64,000 bases of DNA from Acidobacteriota bacterium (lineage in GTDB: Bacteria > Acidobacteriota > UBA890 > WLXD01): NCBI GenBank assembly GCA_965248695.1, contig CBDFKD010000002.1:2912001-2976000 (forward strand), written 5' to 3'. Position 1 is the first letter of the stretch. Each line of letters starts with the position of its first letter. Below are positions 18,271 to 27,096 of this stretch, in pieces. Position numbers and translations under genes: made by a program. Below the pieces are notes generated by a model. It searched no databases. It was not told the DNA's origin and saw only the letters and a list, made by a program, of their open reading frames with translations.

Positions 18271-19089
18271 TCACGCACAGATCGCGATCACCTGAAAGTA
18301 GAGCGTCCCGGCCACATTGTTGTTGCGCATGCCGCCGCCCCACTGGGTGGTACTGAACGGGCCACTCAGGATGATCTGGAAGTCCGTGGCCGCGAACATC
18401 GAGGGGACGGCGCAGGTGTTGAGCGTGGATACGATCGTACCGCCACCGGTCAACTCCGTGCCGGCCGGGCAATCGGCTGTAGCCTGGGCGGCGGCGGTGA
18501 AGAGGACAGGCGTACAGGCAGACGTGGCCTGCTGGATATTGGGCACCCCAGAAGGCCCGGTTGCTCCCGTCGCTCCCGTCGATCCCGTCGATCCTGTCGC
18601 CCCCGTGGGCCCTGTCGCTCCCGTCGCTCCTGTGGGCCCCGTATCACCCGCGGGCCCCGTATCTCCCGTCAGCCCAATCGGCCCACGCGGCCCAGGCAAC
18701 CCCGGCGGGCCCGGAGGTCCCGACGCGCCGGTTACCTCGCCGCCGCCAACGTCGAACTGGTCGGTCATGCCAGTGCCGCGGCTGTTGACGCCGCATTCCA
18801 CCGTCAAACGATAGCCGGCGGTGTCGATGTTGTCGGGCAAGTCGGCGACGATCGACTCCGGGCTATCGAGGTCGACCGAGTCGATCTCGAGCTCGATGGT
18901 CGAGAGTCTCACCACCGGGTTCAAGCAAAAGTTCTTGCCATAGATGATCACCTGCGTGCCATCGTCGCTCAGATCGACCTTGCGGATGGTCACCTCACGC
19001 TCTGGGGGCGCCAGGAGAGGCGACGTGAAGGCTCCGAGCCAAATGCCGACCGGGAGCAGGGTAAGAACGACGGTGACGTAACGATGCAT
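18271..19089 (-). CDS. Secreted collagen-like protein (Ig/IPT-like N-domain, Gly-X-Y stalk, Cys-containing C-domain)
   Basis: Start ATG 19089 after GAGGA; signal peptide; IIYGKNF...IVADLP...GYRLTV; 21 consecutive GXY triplets; [15 protein letters not shown]...AICA. Confidence 0.8.
   Translation of the reverse strand: MHRYVTVVLTLLPVGIWLGAFTSPLLAPPEREVTIRKVDLSDDGTQVIIYGKNFCLNPVVRLSTIELEIDSVDLDSPESIVADLPDNIDTAGYRLTVECGVNSRGTGMTDQFDVGGGEVTGASGPPGPPGLPGPRGPIGLTGDTGPAGDTGPTGATGATGPTGATGSTGSTGATGATGPSGVPNIQQATSACTPVLFTAAAQATADCPAGTELTGGGTIVSTLNTCAVPSMFAATDFQIILSGPFSTTQWGGGMRNNNVAGTLYFQVIAICA
18541..18729 (-). repeat. Collagen Gly-X-Y coding repeat (21 triplets, Thr-rich)
   Basis: [63 protein letters not shown]. 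Confidence 0.95.
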
Positions 19090-19369
19090 GTTCGTTCCTC
19101 GGTGATCCCGGCGCTCTCTACCGGGCGATTGAATTTGATATCTCCGCCTGAGAGGCGATGCCAATCGGCGATCATTGAGGCCGGATGAACGCCCGGCCGG
19201 GCCGGTGGGTACGGGCGGCAGCTCCCCGACGCAACAGCGACTTACGGCCTCTTGTTAGCCCACACACAAGCCTATCCCTCGACCATAGCGCGACCCACGG
19301 ATTCGTGGCTGGTCAGCCGCCGGCGTGCACACCGTAAGACGACCGCGACACCTCGGCCGGCCGGTCGCG

Positions 19370-21985
19370 CTACCGCTGCATCGTGAAGGTGAACTTCGCC
19401 GTCAGCGTACGGTCGTCGAGGCGGTCAAACGGGCCGCCGAAGGCGGTCGACTGCCGGTACACCAGGTAGAAGTCGTCGCCTGTGCGGTAGATGTAGCGGA
19501 GTCGTACGAACGCCGCCAGCTGGTCGGTGACGCTGCTGTGCTGCAGCAACGAGTCGAACAGCATTCGATCCGACAACGACAGCTCGGCGCGTAACCGCAC
19601 CAGGTGGGTATTGAAGCTTCCGCCAGGCAAGTGGATCCGATTGAAGCTGTACTGCGGGTTGAGCCTGAAGCGGTCGCTGAAGCGGACATTGGGGCCGCCA
19701 CCGATTCCGAAGCGCGTGCCGTCGTAAAAATTGCCCAGATTGAAGGTCAGGCTGCCGCTCACCGGACGGCTGGGGGCGGCGCGCAGCGTGATCTCCGCGT
19801 CAGTCCACGAGTAGTCTCCGATCGGAATGGTGACGTTCTCGTCGATGGGGAAATCGAAATCCAGCAGCTCGTAGTTGCGATTGACGCGGAAGCGGACGCC
19901 GTCGCCGGACTCGAGATCCAGCCGCGCTCCCAGACGACCCAGCCGGGAGACCTCCCGTCCACTGGTATCGGTAATGCGCTCGAACGAGGGCTCCAACGAC
20001 ACGCGTCGCATGAAGGGCCAGCTCGGGCGCAGCGACCAGCGACCCTGCGTGTTATAGCGCACGATGTTCTGTCGGAGGACGAACCCGAGGTCGCTGTCGA
20101 AATCGTCGGCCACATAGGTGACGTCGCCGCCCAGTCCCAACTCCTCGCTTTCCCACCCGGCGCTGAACTGCCCGACCCATGAGGTGCCCTCGACTTCGTT
20201 GTCCTGGCCACCGGCCACGAAGCCGGACACGAGCAGATGGTCGAAGAACGTGAAGTTGGCGTCGACGCCGAAGACGCGGTTGTACTGTCCGTCAGATCCC
20301 TGGACGTTGGTGACCAGCGCACCGACGGTCGACCGGTCGAGCACATCCTGCTTCCAGCGAAACGCGGCGAAGTTCTGGCCAGCGCCGAACTGCGAGTCAC
20401 CCGTTTGCACATTCACGAAACCGACGTTGCCGCCACCGAGCTTTCCCGTCAGCTTGCCGCCGTAGCGAATGGGGACGGGCTGCCCCCCTGGCCCCAGACC
20501 GATCCGGCGCGAGAAGAACAGTAGCGCCAGTGGCGGCTGGCGCTGGAAACCACCGCCCTCGCCAGCTGCCGAGCTACGGCGTGCCAGCGTGCCGAAGGTG
20601 AAGCTGTTGGCCGCCTCCAGAAAGAACTCGCGCTGCTCGGGAAAGAACAGCGAAAAGCGCGTCAAGTTCACCTGCTGCGTGTCGGCCTCGACCTCGGCGA
20701 AATCGGTGTTGGCGGTCAGGTCGGCGGTGAGGTTGGGCGTCAGCTGCACCTTGAAGACCTCGATGCCGATATCGCCCCTGGTGTCGGACACCGGGTCATC
20801 ATGCTGTTGGAACGAATCGTAACCACCGGTCACGAACGGCTTGAGCCGGAAACGATTGGTGAGCCCCAAGTTCGGCAGCCCGACGAGATTTCCATACTGC
20901 GAGACCGCCAGCCAGTTGTAGTCGCGGCTGGTGTTGTTCCAGTTGATGCGCTCCTTGGTACGTGCGACGTCACGCTCGAACTCGATGCCCCAGACGTTGC
21001 TGCCGGTGGGATACCGGAGGGCAGCGAACGGGATGGCGAGCTCGGCTTCCCAGCCGCGCTCGGTGATGCTCGCCGCAGCTTCCCAGGTCTCGTCCCAGTT
21101 CGCGTTGAGCTGGCTCTCGTCGCGCACCGTGAGGTCCAACTTGGCACCGAGCGCGTTGACCTCGAAGGCGAAGGCATTGCGACCGTCGTTGAAGGTGTCT
21201 ATGTAGAGTGCCACCCAGTCGTCACCGATCTGGAAGGCGTCGCGGCGCATTTCCTTGGCAACGATCTTGTCGGGCTCATCGTCGAACGCGATCCAACCGA
21301 AATACAGGGTTTCGTCGTCGTACAGGACGCGCACCTCGGTGCGGTGCGACGGTGCCGCGCCAGCGACAGGCTCCTTCTGGACGAAATCGCTCACCACGTC
21401 GGCAAGCAGCCAGGCCGCGTCGTCGATCCGACCATCAAGAGTTGGCGGTGTGTCGGTCCATGTCGCGGCGGTGCGCTTGCCATCGATGGGGAGGTCGGCG
21501 GATCCTGATGCTGCGGGGGCGTCCGTACTTGGAGCTGAATCGCCCACGTCGCCGGCGAGGACCATCCGCGTCGCGGCGTCGCCTTCGAGTGCCGTCGGGG
21601 CGCCGCTTTCTGACGCCGTCAGACCGTCTGGCAGCGTGATGGTCGGCGCAGTCGCTACCGGCGGGGCCGACGGCAACACCACCGCACCGGCCTCTCCGGG
21701 TCGGACCATCCGTACCGGGATGTTGCGTCCCGGCGTCGTCCGCTGCGGGCTCCCCGGCTCGCCTGGACGGACCATTCGCACGGGAATCTGCCGGCGTGGC
21801 CGCTCTTGCTCGTCACGCTCCTGCTCGGCGACCACCGAAGTGCTGACCAGCACGCCGGCCGCGGTCAGCAGTATCACCGCACATCGACAGATGGCGCCAA
21901 GGCGAACCGGGGCTGTGGAGGGCATGCTCGGAAGATGCACTGGATCGTTGCTCCAGGCGTGCCGCCGGACGGAGGGGCTCGACAC
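19370..21985 (-). CDS. DUF5916 / CBM9-like domain outer-membrane beta-barrel protein (start uncertain)
   Basis: PTLDGRIDDAAW, TEVRVLYDDETLY, WEAELAIPFAALRY, DLTANTDFAEVEAD.QQVNLTRFSLFFPEQREFFLE, LFFSRRIGL; C-terminal beta-strand AKFTF. Confidence 0.85.
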   Translation of the reverse strand: MSSPSVRRHAWSNDPVHLPSMPSTAPVRLGAICRCAVILLTAAGVLVSTSVVAEQERDEQERPRRQIPVRMVRPGEPGSPQRTTPGRNIPVRMVRPGEAGAVVLPSAPPVATAPTITLPDGLTASESGAPTALEGDAATRMVLAGDVGDSAPSTDAPAASGSADLPIDGKRTAATWTDTPPTLDGRIDDAAWLLADVVSDFVQKEPVAGAAPSHRTEVRVLYDDETLYFGWIAFDDEPDKIVAKEMRRDAFQIGDDWVALYIDTFNDGRNAFAFEVNALGAKLDLTVRDESQLNANWDETWEAAASITERGWEAELAIPFAALRYPTGSNVWGIEFERDVARTKERINWNNTSRDYNWLAVSQYGNLVGLPNLGLTNRFRLKPFVTGGYDSFQQHDDPVSDTRGDIGIEVFKVQLTPNLTADLTANTDFAEVEADTQQVNLTRFSLFFPEQREFFLEAANSFTFGTLARRSSAAGEGGGFQRQPPLALLFFSRRIGLGPGGQPVPIRYGGKLTGKLGGGNVGFVNVQTGDSQFGAGQNFAAFRWKQDVLDRSTVGALVTNVQGSDGQYNRVFGVDANFTFFDHLLVSGFVAGGQDNEVEGTSWVGQFSAGWESEELGLGGDVTYVADDFDSDLGFVLRQNIVRYNTQGRWSLRPSWPFMRRVSLEPSFERITDTSGREVSRLGRLGARLDLESGDGVRFRVNRNYELLDFDFPIDENVTIPIGDYSWTDAEITLRAAPSRPVSGSLTFNLGNFYDGTRFGIGGGPNVRFSDRFRLNPQYSFNRIHLPGGSFNTHLVRLRAELSLSDRMLFDSLLQHSSVTDQLAAFVRLRYIYRTGDDFYLVYRQSTAFGGPFDRLDDRTLTAKFTFTMQR

Positions 21986-22126
21986 GGGGTACAGATTGCC
22001 AATTTAGCAGAGCCAGCCCCGCCAGCTCAGACACGCCGGCCGTTGCCCCGCCGACGGCGGCCAGGCGCGGACCAGGCGTGGCTGGCACCGGTCCCACTTC
22101 GTCTCACCGCATGTCAAGAAACATGG

Positions 22127-22422
22127 TCAACCGCCGGAGAGTCGCGACCAACGCAGCTTGGCGAGAATCGTGTCCTGCGGGCGAGTGCCCGGATACGTGA
22201 GTCAGCAGGCCCTGCTGTGACACTTCAAGAGCCGCTTCACGTATAGGTCTCCGAGCTCGTCTGGCGCTAGGTCGGGGAATCGATCCCGGAGGCCGGCCTT
22301 GAACAGCGCTCGACTCCAGGAGGAGAGCTCGAACGCCTTCTTCAGACGCTCCTCTGCGACATGGCGGCAAGCGTGCGCAAGTAGTGATCGTGGTGCGGGC
22401 GCGACTTAGCCGAACGGAGCAT
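22127..22422 (-). pseudogene. Degraded toxin-antitoxin pair: frameshifted small Rv0078B/MenA-like antitoxin (22202-22422) plus a short fragment of its nucleotidyltransferase-like partner (22127-22201)
   Basis: Hand translation: MLRSAKSRPHHDHYLRTLAAMS [1-nt shift] EERLKKAFELSSWSRALFKAGLRDRFPDLAPDELGDLYVKRLLKCHSRAC*, followed directly by LTYPGTRPQDTILAKLRWSRLSGG*. Confidence 0.6.
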
Positions 22423-22605
22423 GGTCGGAGTATATACGCGGCGTTTCGCCGCCCCGCTCCCGTCCCCGGGGTGCCCGCCCGTTGGATCTCGTTCCCTCCG
22501 GCGATAGGCTCCACGCGGTGACGCACGCTGCTGTGGGAGTCGCGAGCGATCATTGGCGGATGGTTGGTGCCGTCACGCCACACCCACTCAACGACTGCTG
22601 AATCA

Positions 22606-23187
22606 ATGCGCAAGCTCCAGGCCAGCCTTACATTGCCGCAAGTAGCAGCCGTGGCTTTCCTCGTCGTCGGTAGCGCCGCAGCGCTTCGCGCCATGGGGCG
22701 CGTTGTCTGGTGCGGGGGCGGACAACCGCATCTGTTCTCGGCCGACATCTGGAGCATGCACAACTCGCAACATCTGGCCGACCCCTACACGCTGACCCAT
22801 GTATCGCACGGAGTCGTCTTCTACGGGTTGCTATGGCTACTCGTCGGCACGCGGCTGTCGAGCAACTGGCGCTTCGTCGTGACGCTGGGTATCGAGACCG
22901 TCTGGGAGGTCTTCGAGAACACGCCGTACATGATCGACCGCTATCGCGAATCGACGATCTCGCTGGACTACTACGGCGACAGCATCGCCAACTCGCTGGC
23001 CGATATTGCGGCCTGCGGCATGGGCTATGTCCTGGCAGCCACCATCCCGGTGTGGGCCTCCGCGGGTGGTTTTGTGGCGGTGGAAGCGCTGCTGATCTTG
23101 TGGATCCGCGACAGCTTGCTGCTCAACATCCTGATGCTGATCTACCCGCTCGACGTGATCAAGAACTGGCAGCTCCCCGGCGGATAG
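22606..23187 (+). CDS. DUF2585 (UPF0314) family membrane protein
   Basis: MGRVVWC, WSMHNSQHLADPYTLTHVSHG, WEVFENTPYMIDRYR, YYGDSIANS, IRDSLLLNILMLIYP. Confidence 0.9.
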   Translation: MRKLQASLTLPQVAAVAFLVVGSAAALRAMGRVVWCGGGQPHLFSADIWSMHNSQHLADPYTLTHVSHGVVFYGLLWLLVGTRLSSNWRFVVTLGIETVWEVFENTPYMIDRYRESTISLDYYGDSIANSLADIAACGMGYVLAATIPVWASAGGFVAVEALLILWIRDSLLLNILMLIYPLDVIKNWQLPGG

Positions 23188-23194
23188 GACATCG

Positions 23195-23359
23195 GATGCG
23201 TTCAAGGCTGATCCGGTACGCAGTCTTTCCGTGGGCAAGTGGGCCGACTTCGTCATCCTCGATGAGCAGCTGCCTGCCGAGGTCGACCGTAGCATCGAGA
23301 ATCGCGGGGCCACGGCAACCTGCCTCGCCGGCACGCGCGTCTATCCACCCGCCCAGTAG
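23195..23359 (+). pseudogene. Orphan C-terminal fragment of an amidohydrolase-3 (YtcJ-like) gene
   Basis: Hand translation DAFKADPVRSLSVGKWADFVILDEQLPAEVDRSIENRGATATCLAGTRVYPPAQ*; matches the GSIEIGKLADFVVL tail of the intact gene at 46886-48619. Confidence 0.6.
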
Positions 23360-23434
23360 ATCCGACCCCGGAGCCGCCGGAATCTGAGCGACTCCGCCAG
23401 CGCCCGCCGCGGAGGTCCGTATCCGGCACAACCG

Positions 23435-23800
23435 TCAGGCCAGCGGCACGAGCTTCGACCTGCGAATTCGCCGGTCACGGGTCAACAGCGGGACACCGTG
23501 GATCACGCTGGTGGCGGCGATCAGCTCGTCGGCCGGGTCACCCGCGAAATCGAGCCCGGTCGAGGCCTTCGCAATCGCCCAGTCGAGCGGCCACACGTGA
23601 AGAGCCGCGATCGCGGCGGCGACCTCCGGATCGTTGAGATCGACTTCGATCTTTCCCAGCTGGGCAAGCTTCGCGAGCTCCCAGTGGACGATGGCGGCGA
23701 TGCCCCAATCGGAGCGCGAGAGAACGTCACGCTCACGCGGCTGCAGGTCGCCGCGCAGCGCGTAGATCAGTATGTGGGTATCAAGATTCAGCATCGGCAT
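23435..23800 (-). CDS. vapC: PIN-domain toxin (VapC family)
   Basis: LNLDTHILI, IVHWELAKL, DPADELIAAT, LLTRDRRI. Confidence 0.9.
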   Translation of the reverse strand: MPMLNLDTHILIYALRGDLQPRERDVLSRSDWGIAAIVHWELAKLAQLGKIEVDLNDPEVAAAIAALHVWPLDWAIAKASTGLDFAGDPADELIAATSVIHGVPLLTRDRRIRRSKLVPLA

Positions 23801-24005
23801 CCCACGACAGGCCGGTCGACAGGATGTCTCCTGTGACGGTGATCTTGTCGCGCAACGCCCCGATCATGGCTCCAGCCGGTGGCGGATAGGGCACCACCCG
23901 GGCGACGGGCCGGCCGTGCTTGGTGATCACCATACCCTCAGGACTCAGACGGTCGAACAGCGCCAGGCACTGTTCTTTGAATTTGGCCGCACCGATTGTC
24001 TTCAT
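23781..24005 (-). CDS. Phd/YefM family antitoxin
   Basis: MKTIGAAKFKEQCLALFD...VITKHGRPVARVVP; overlaps the toxin start. Confidence 0.9.
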   Translation of the reverse strand: MKTIGAAKFKEQCLALFDRLSPEGMVITKHGRPVARVVPYPPPAGAMIGALRDKITVTGDILSTGLSWDADAES

Positions 24006-24014
24006 CGATAGCCT

Positions 24015-24054
24015 ATATGACTAGAATTTACGACTAGCCATATTATATGTCCAA
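24015..24054 (-). promoter_or_regulatory. Probable promoter/operator of the TA operon
   Basis: AT-rich patch with a perfect TATAAT on the minus strand (24042-24047) and a direct repeat GACTAG x2 just upstream of the antitoxin ATG. Confidence 0.5.
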
Positions 24055-24158
24055 TTCCTGGCAAGGCGACATCCTCTGCTCTATCCGGACGGTCACGGCC
24101 GAGCTCATGGCAGGTGTGCCCCGGCGCCCGACCACCATGGAAGCCCAGGAGGCGGACT

Positions 24159-25517
24159 TCAGACGAGCGGCAATCCCCAGATGACCCACGAGGCCCAGCC
24201 GATGGCGAGCACCATCACTCGCCCCAGGGACACGCGGAACGTGGGCAGCCAGTCCTCGGGCTCGGCTGGCCATGACCTGGCCAGCAGGAACGCAAGCATG
24301 ACCAGGGTCACGGCGTTCCATCCGACCACCGCGTGGCGATTTGGCGTCAGCCCGGCTTCCAGCGTCCTGCTCAGGATGGCCGCAAGGGCGTAGACGTTCA
24401 GCAGCAGGGTCAGGGAGCTCAACGAAAGCACCCCGAGACGCAGGAGGCGCGCTTGGGTCCGTTCACCGCGATCGGCAGCGCTGGTAGCGAGAGCTTCCCG
24501 GCGCCCATTCCCGGGTGAAACCGCGGCAGCAAGCAACGTCAGGATCGCGATGATCGTGGCGTTGTAGATCATCAGGACCGTGCGCTCCTCAAACGGTCGC
24601 CAGAAGTAGACCGGAATGAACCAGAGCACGTAGAGCGCCAGCACGCTGAGAGCCGCCGGCAATAGCAGCCACGTCATGATGCGGAGGATGCGCGCCAGTC
24701 CCGTGGCGCGTTGCTGTGCAGGGGGCGACTCGGGATCGTAGACGCTCGCCACCGCCAGCACAGGGATCAGGCCGATGCCGAAGGCCGCCGCAGCGCGGAG
24801 CACGCTCTCGGGAAGCTCGATGCCGAACACCGCGAAGATCCCCAGCGTGAGCCCGGCAAAGATGAGGCCGGCACCGAGGTAGATCCCACCGGTAACCAGC
24901 GCCTCCATCGATCGCACGATGTAGGCATAGAAGTGCGTGGCGCGATCGGTCCGACCCAGCGTCACGCTCGCGCCGATTGCCGCCCAGGCCACGAAAGGAA
25001 GGTGCAGGGCAACCAGCGTAGCCGCGTTGTCCGTTCTCCCCCATGAGACCAGCGCGCTGACAACGGCCGCAAGGATCACAGCCCCGGCTGCTCCTGCCAC
25101 CCACCGAAGCCGCTCGCGTTGCGTTTCGGTAGCGGCGATGAAGATCATGACCGCGATGGCCGCCAAGGGGGCCCATCCGATCCAGAACAATGGGTGCGCT
25201 TCACCCGGGACAGGAACCGGAGGCTTGTCGCCGGCGAAGAGCGTGAAGAGGGCCCCGCAGGCGACGCTGATGCCCAACGCTGTTGTCCAGCGTCGCTTGC
25301 CGGCGTCGTGGTCGTCGACCCTGGAGGCGACGGCACCTTGGTCGTCGAGATCGAGTCTGTATACCCAGGCGCGAAGCAGGACACTTTCCGGAGCCGCCTC
25401 GAAGCACTGCGCCACCGCGGCGGCGAAGGTGCGCTCCTGGCCGCGCTGCATTGCCGTCCGGTAGAGATCTTCGAGCGCCTCGGGATCCTCGCGTATCTCG
25501 TCGACCTGTTCTTTCAT
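24159..25517 (-). CDS. DUF4153-like multi-pass membrane protein
   Basis: DPEALEDLYR...AW.YRL N-terminus; about 10 TM segments; RTVLMIYNA; GLTPNRHAVVGWN. Confidence 0.6.
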   Translation of the reverse strand: MKEQVDEIREDPEALEDLYRTAMQRGQERTFAAAVAQCFEAAPESVLLRAWVYRLDLDDQGAVASRVDDHDAGKRRWTTALGISVACGALFTLFAGDKPPVPVPGEAHPLFWIGWAPLAAIAVMIFIAATETQRERLRWVAGAAGAVILAAVVSALVSWGRTDNAATLVALHLPFVAWAAIGASVTLGRTDRATHFYAYIVRSMEALVTGGIYLGAGLIFAGLTLGIFAVFGIELPESVLRAAAAFGIGLIPVLAVASVYDPESPPAQQRATGLARILRIMTWLLLPAALSVLALYVLWFIPVYFWRPFEERTVLMIYNATIIAILTLLAAAVSPGNGRREALATSAADRGERTQARLLRLGVLSLSSLTLLLNVYALAAILSRTLEAGLTPNRHAVVGWNAVTLVMLAFLLARSWPAEPEDWLPTFRVSLGRVMVLAIGWASWVIWGLPLV

Positions 25518-25659
25518 GTCCACCGGTACGGTTGGGTCCGCGAGCGAAGTCCGAACCTGAATCACAAGGTGAGACAGTATCAGAAAGTTCTTTTTGTTTC
25601 AAAGTACGGGAAGGACTCACCCAGCCAAAGCGCTGCCGGATGAGGCTGCGAGGCACTTC

Positions 25660-27096
25660 TCACTCTCCGCCATCGACCCGTTCGATCTCACCCCAGGCGT
25701 CGAGCTGAGGCTCGGACTCGATCATGGGCGACGCTTCAATCTGCGCGAGCGGGCCCACTACCGAAACCAGCATTCGATCGGGGTGGATGTATCTACGCGC
25801 GGCTTCCTGTACCTGCTTCAGGGTCACCGCACGAATACGCTCCGGATAGCCGGCCGACCAAGAATGGTCGCCGTCACGTAGCCATTCCAGTGCGAAGCTC
25901 CGTGACGCATCGAGCCCGGTTGCGTACCGCGCCGCGTACGTCCCGTCAGCGAGTGCTCCCGTCGCCACGAACAGCTCGTCGTCGCTCGCTATCGTGTCGC
26001 GGATCCTCTGGAGCTCCCGGAAGGTGATCTCCACCAGCAAGCGCACTGCCTCGGGTCGCCCGGAGGTGCGGAACGTGTAGCTCCCGGGACCTCGCACGCC
26101 AGGCTCGAGGAACGAGCTGTTGTCGTTGGTTAGCCCGCGCAGCTCCCTCGACTCGCGGAACAAGCGTGAGTCGAGGTGATAGGCGCCGAGAATGTAGTTC
26201 ATCACCTCGAGCGCGGCCTGATCCGGTCGCGGCACGACGGGGATCTCGTGGCCGATCACGACCCAGCCCTGGAGCTTGTCGACATTTGCCTGAACGACGC
26301 GACGCGGCGACGCTGTTGTCACCTCCGCGAACGTCACGGCCGGAATACGTTCAGCTCCACTCCACCGCGAGAATGCTGCAGCGATCCGACGTCGTGCCTC
26401 TGCCGTGCCGAAATCACCAGCGACGGCGAGAACAGTGTTGGCCGGAACGAAGTAGTTGCGGTGGAAGTGCTCGGCGCCAGCGGCGTTGGCCGCGGCCATG
26501 TCGGCGGCGGATGGACTACGCCCGAACGGATGGGCCTGGTACAGCCGACGGTCGAACGCGGCGATCGCCCCGGCGATCGAGCTCGCCCAATCGATTCCCT
26601 CGGCCTGAGATCTGCGAACCGTGCCGCCAGCCGACGAGGCGCCGAACGCCGGCGCCTGCAGGGTGGCTGCGAGCAGGTCGAGCGCCCGCCATGCATCTTC
26701 GGCGGGTACATCGAGGGTGACCTCGGTCTCCTCTCGGCCCACGCTCACCGTGTACGCGGCCGCCATCTCGTCGAGCGCGGCACGGAACTCCGCCGCCGAC
26801 ATCGATGCCGGACCGCGCCGCAGCGCCGCAGCCACGGCGGCGGCCTCACCGGGGGCGCCGTGCGCCGATCCGGCGGCGACGAACGCCGTCAGCGTCATCA
26901 GCGGCGCACGATGATCCTCGGCCACATAGGCGCTCAGCCCGTTGGCCAGCTCCAGTCGAAGAGCTTCAGGATCAGGACGCTCGAACGAAGAGGCCGGCAG
27001 GCCCATGTCCCGCGGATGCGTGGTGTCCTGGGCGACCGCCGGAGCTACGTGAACGGCCAGCGCTGCCGCCGCGATGAGAAACCGCCGGGCGATCAT
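25660..27096 (-). CDS. M16 (pitrilysin) peptidase, non-catalytic subunit
   Basis: Signal peptide; LANGL..YVAEDH; YFVPANTVLAVAGD; VMNYILG...SRLFRE.RE.RGL; no HxxEH; ATGA overlap with the upstream partner. Confidence 0.85.
   Translation of the reverse strand: MIARRFLIAAAALAVHVAPAVAQDTTHPRDMGLPASSFERPDPEALRLELANGLSAYVAEDHRAPLMTLTAFVAAGSAHGAPGEAAAVAAALRRGPASMSAAEFRAALDEMAAAYTVSVGREETEVTLDVPAEDAWRALDLLAATLQAPAFGASSAGGTVRRSQAEGIDWASSIAGAIAAFDRRLYQAHPFGRSPSAADMAAANAAGAEHFHRNYFVPANTVLAVAGDFGTAEARRRIAAAFSRWSGAERIPAVTFAEVTTASPRRVVQANVDKLQGWVVIGHEIPVVPRPDQAALEVMNYILGAYHLDSRLFRESRELRGLTNDNSSFLEPGVRGPGSYTFRTSGRPEAVRLLVEITFRELQRIRDTIASDDELFVATGALADGTYAARYATGLDASRSFALEWLRDGDHSWSAGYPERIRAVTLKQVQEAARRYIHPDRMLVSVVGPLAQIEASPMIESEPQLDAWGEIERVDGGE

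Noticed and set aside
18541-18729. 9-nt periodic repeats as a CRISPR or satellite array
   Set aside because: Fully explained by collagen GXY codons; no repeat-spacer structure or cas genes anywhere in the window
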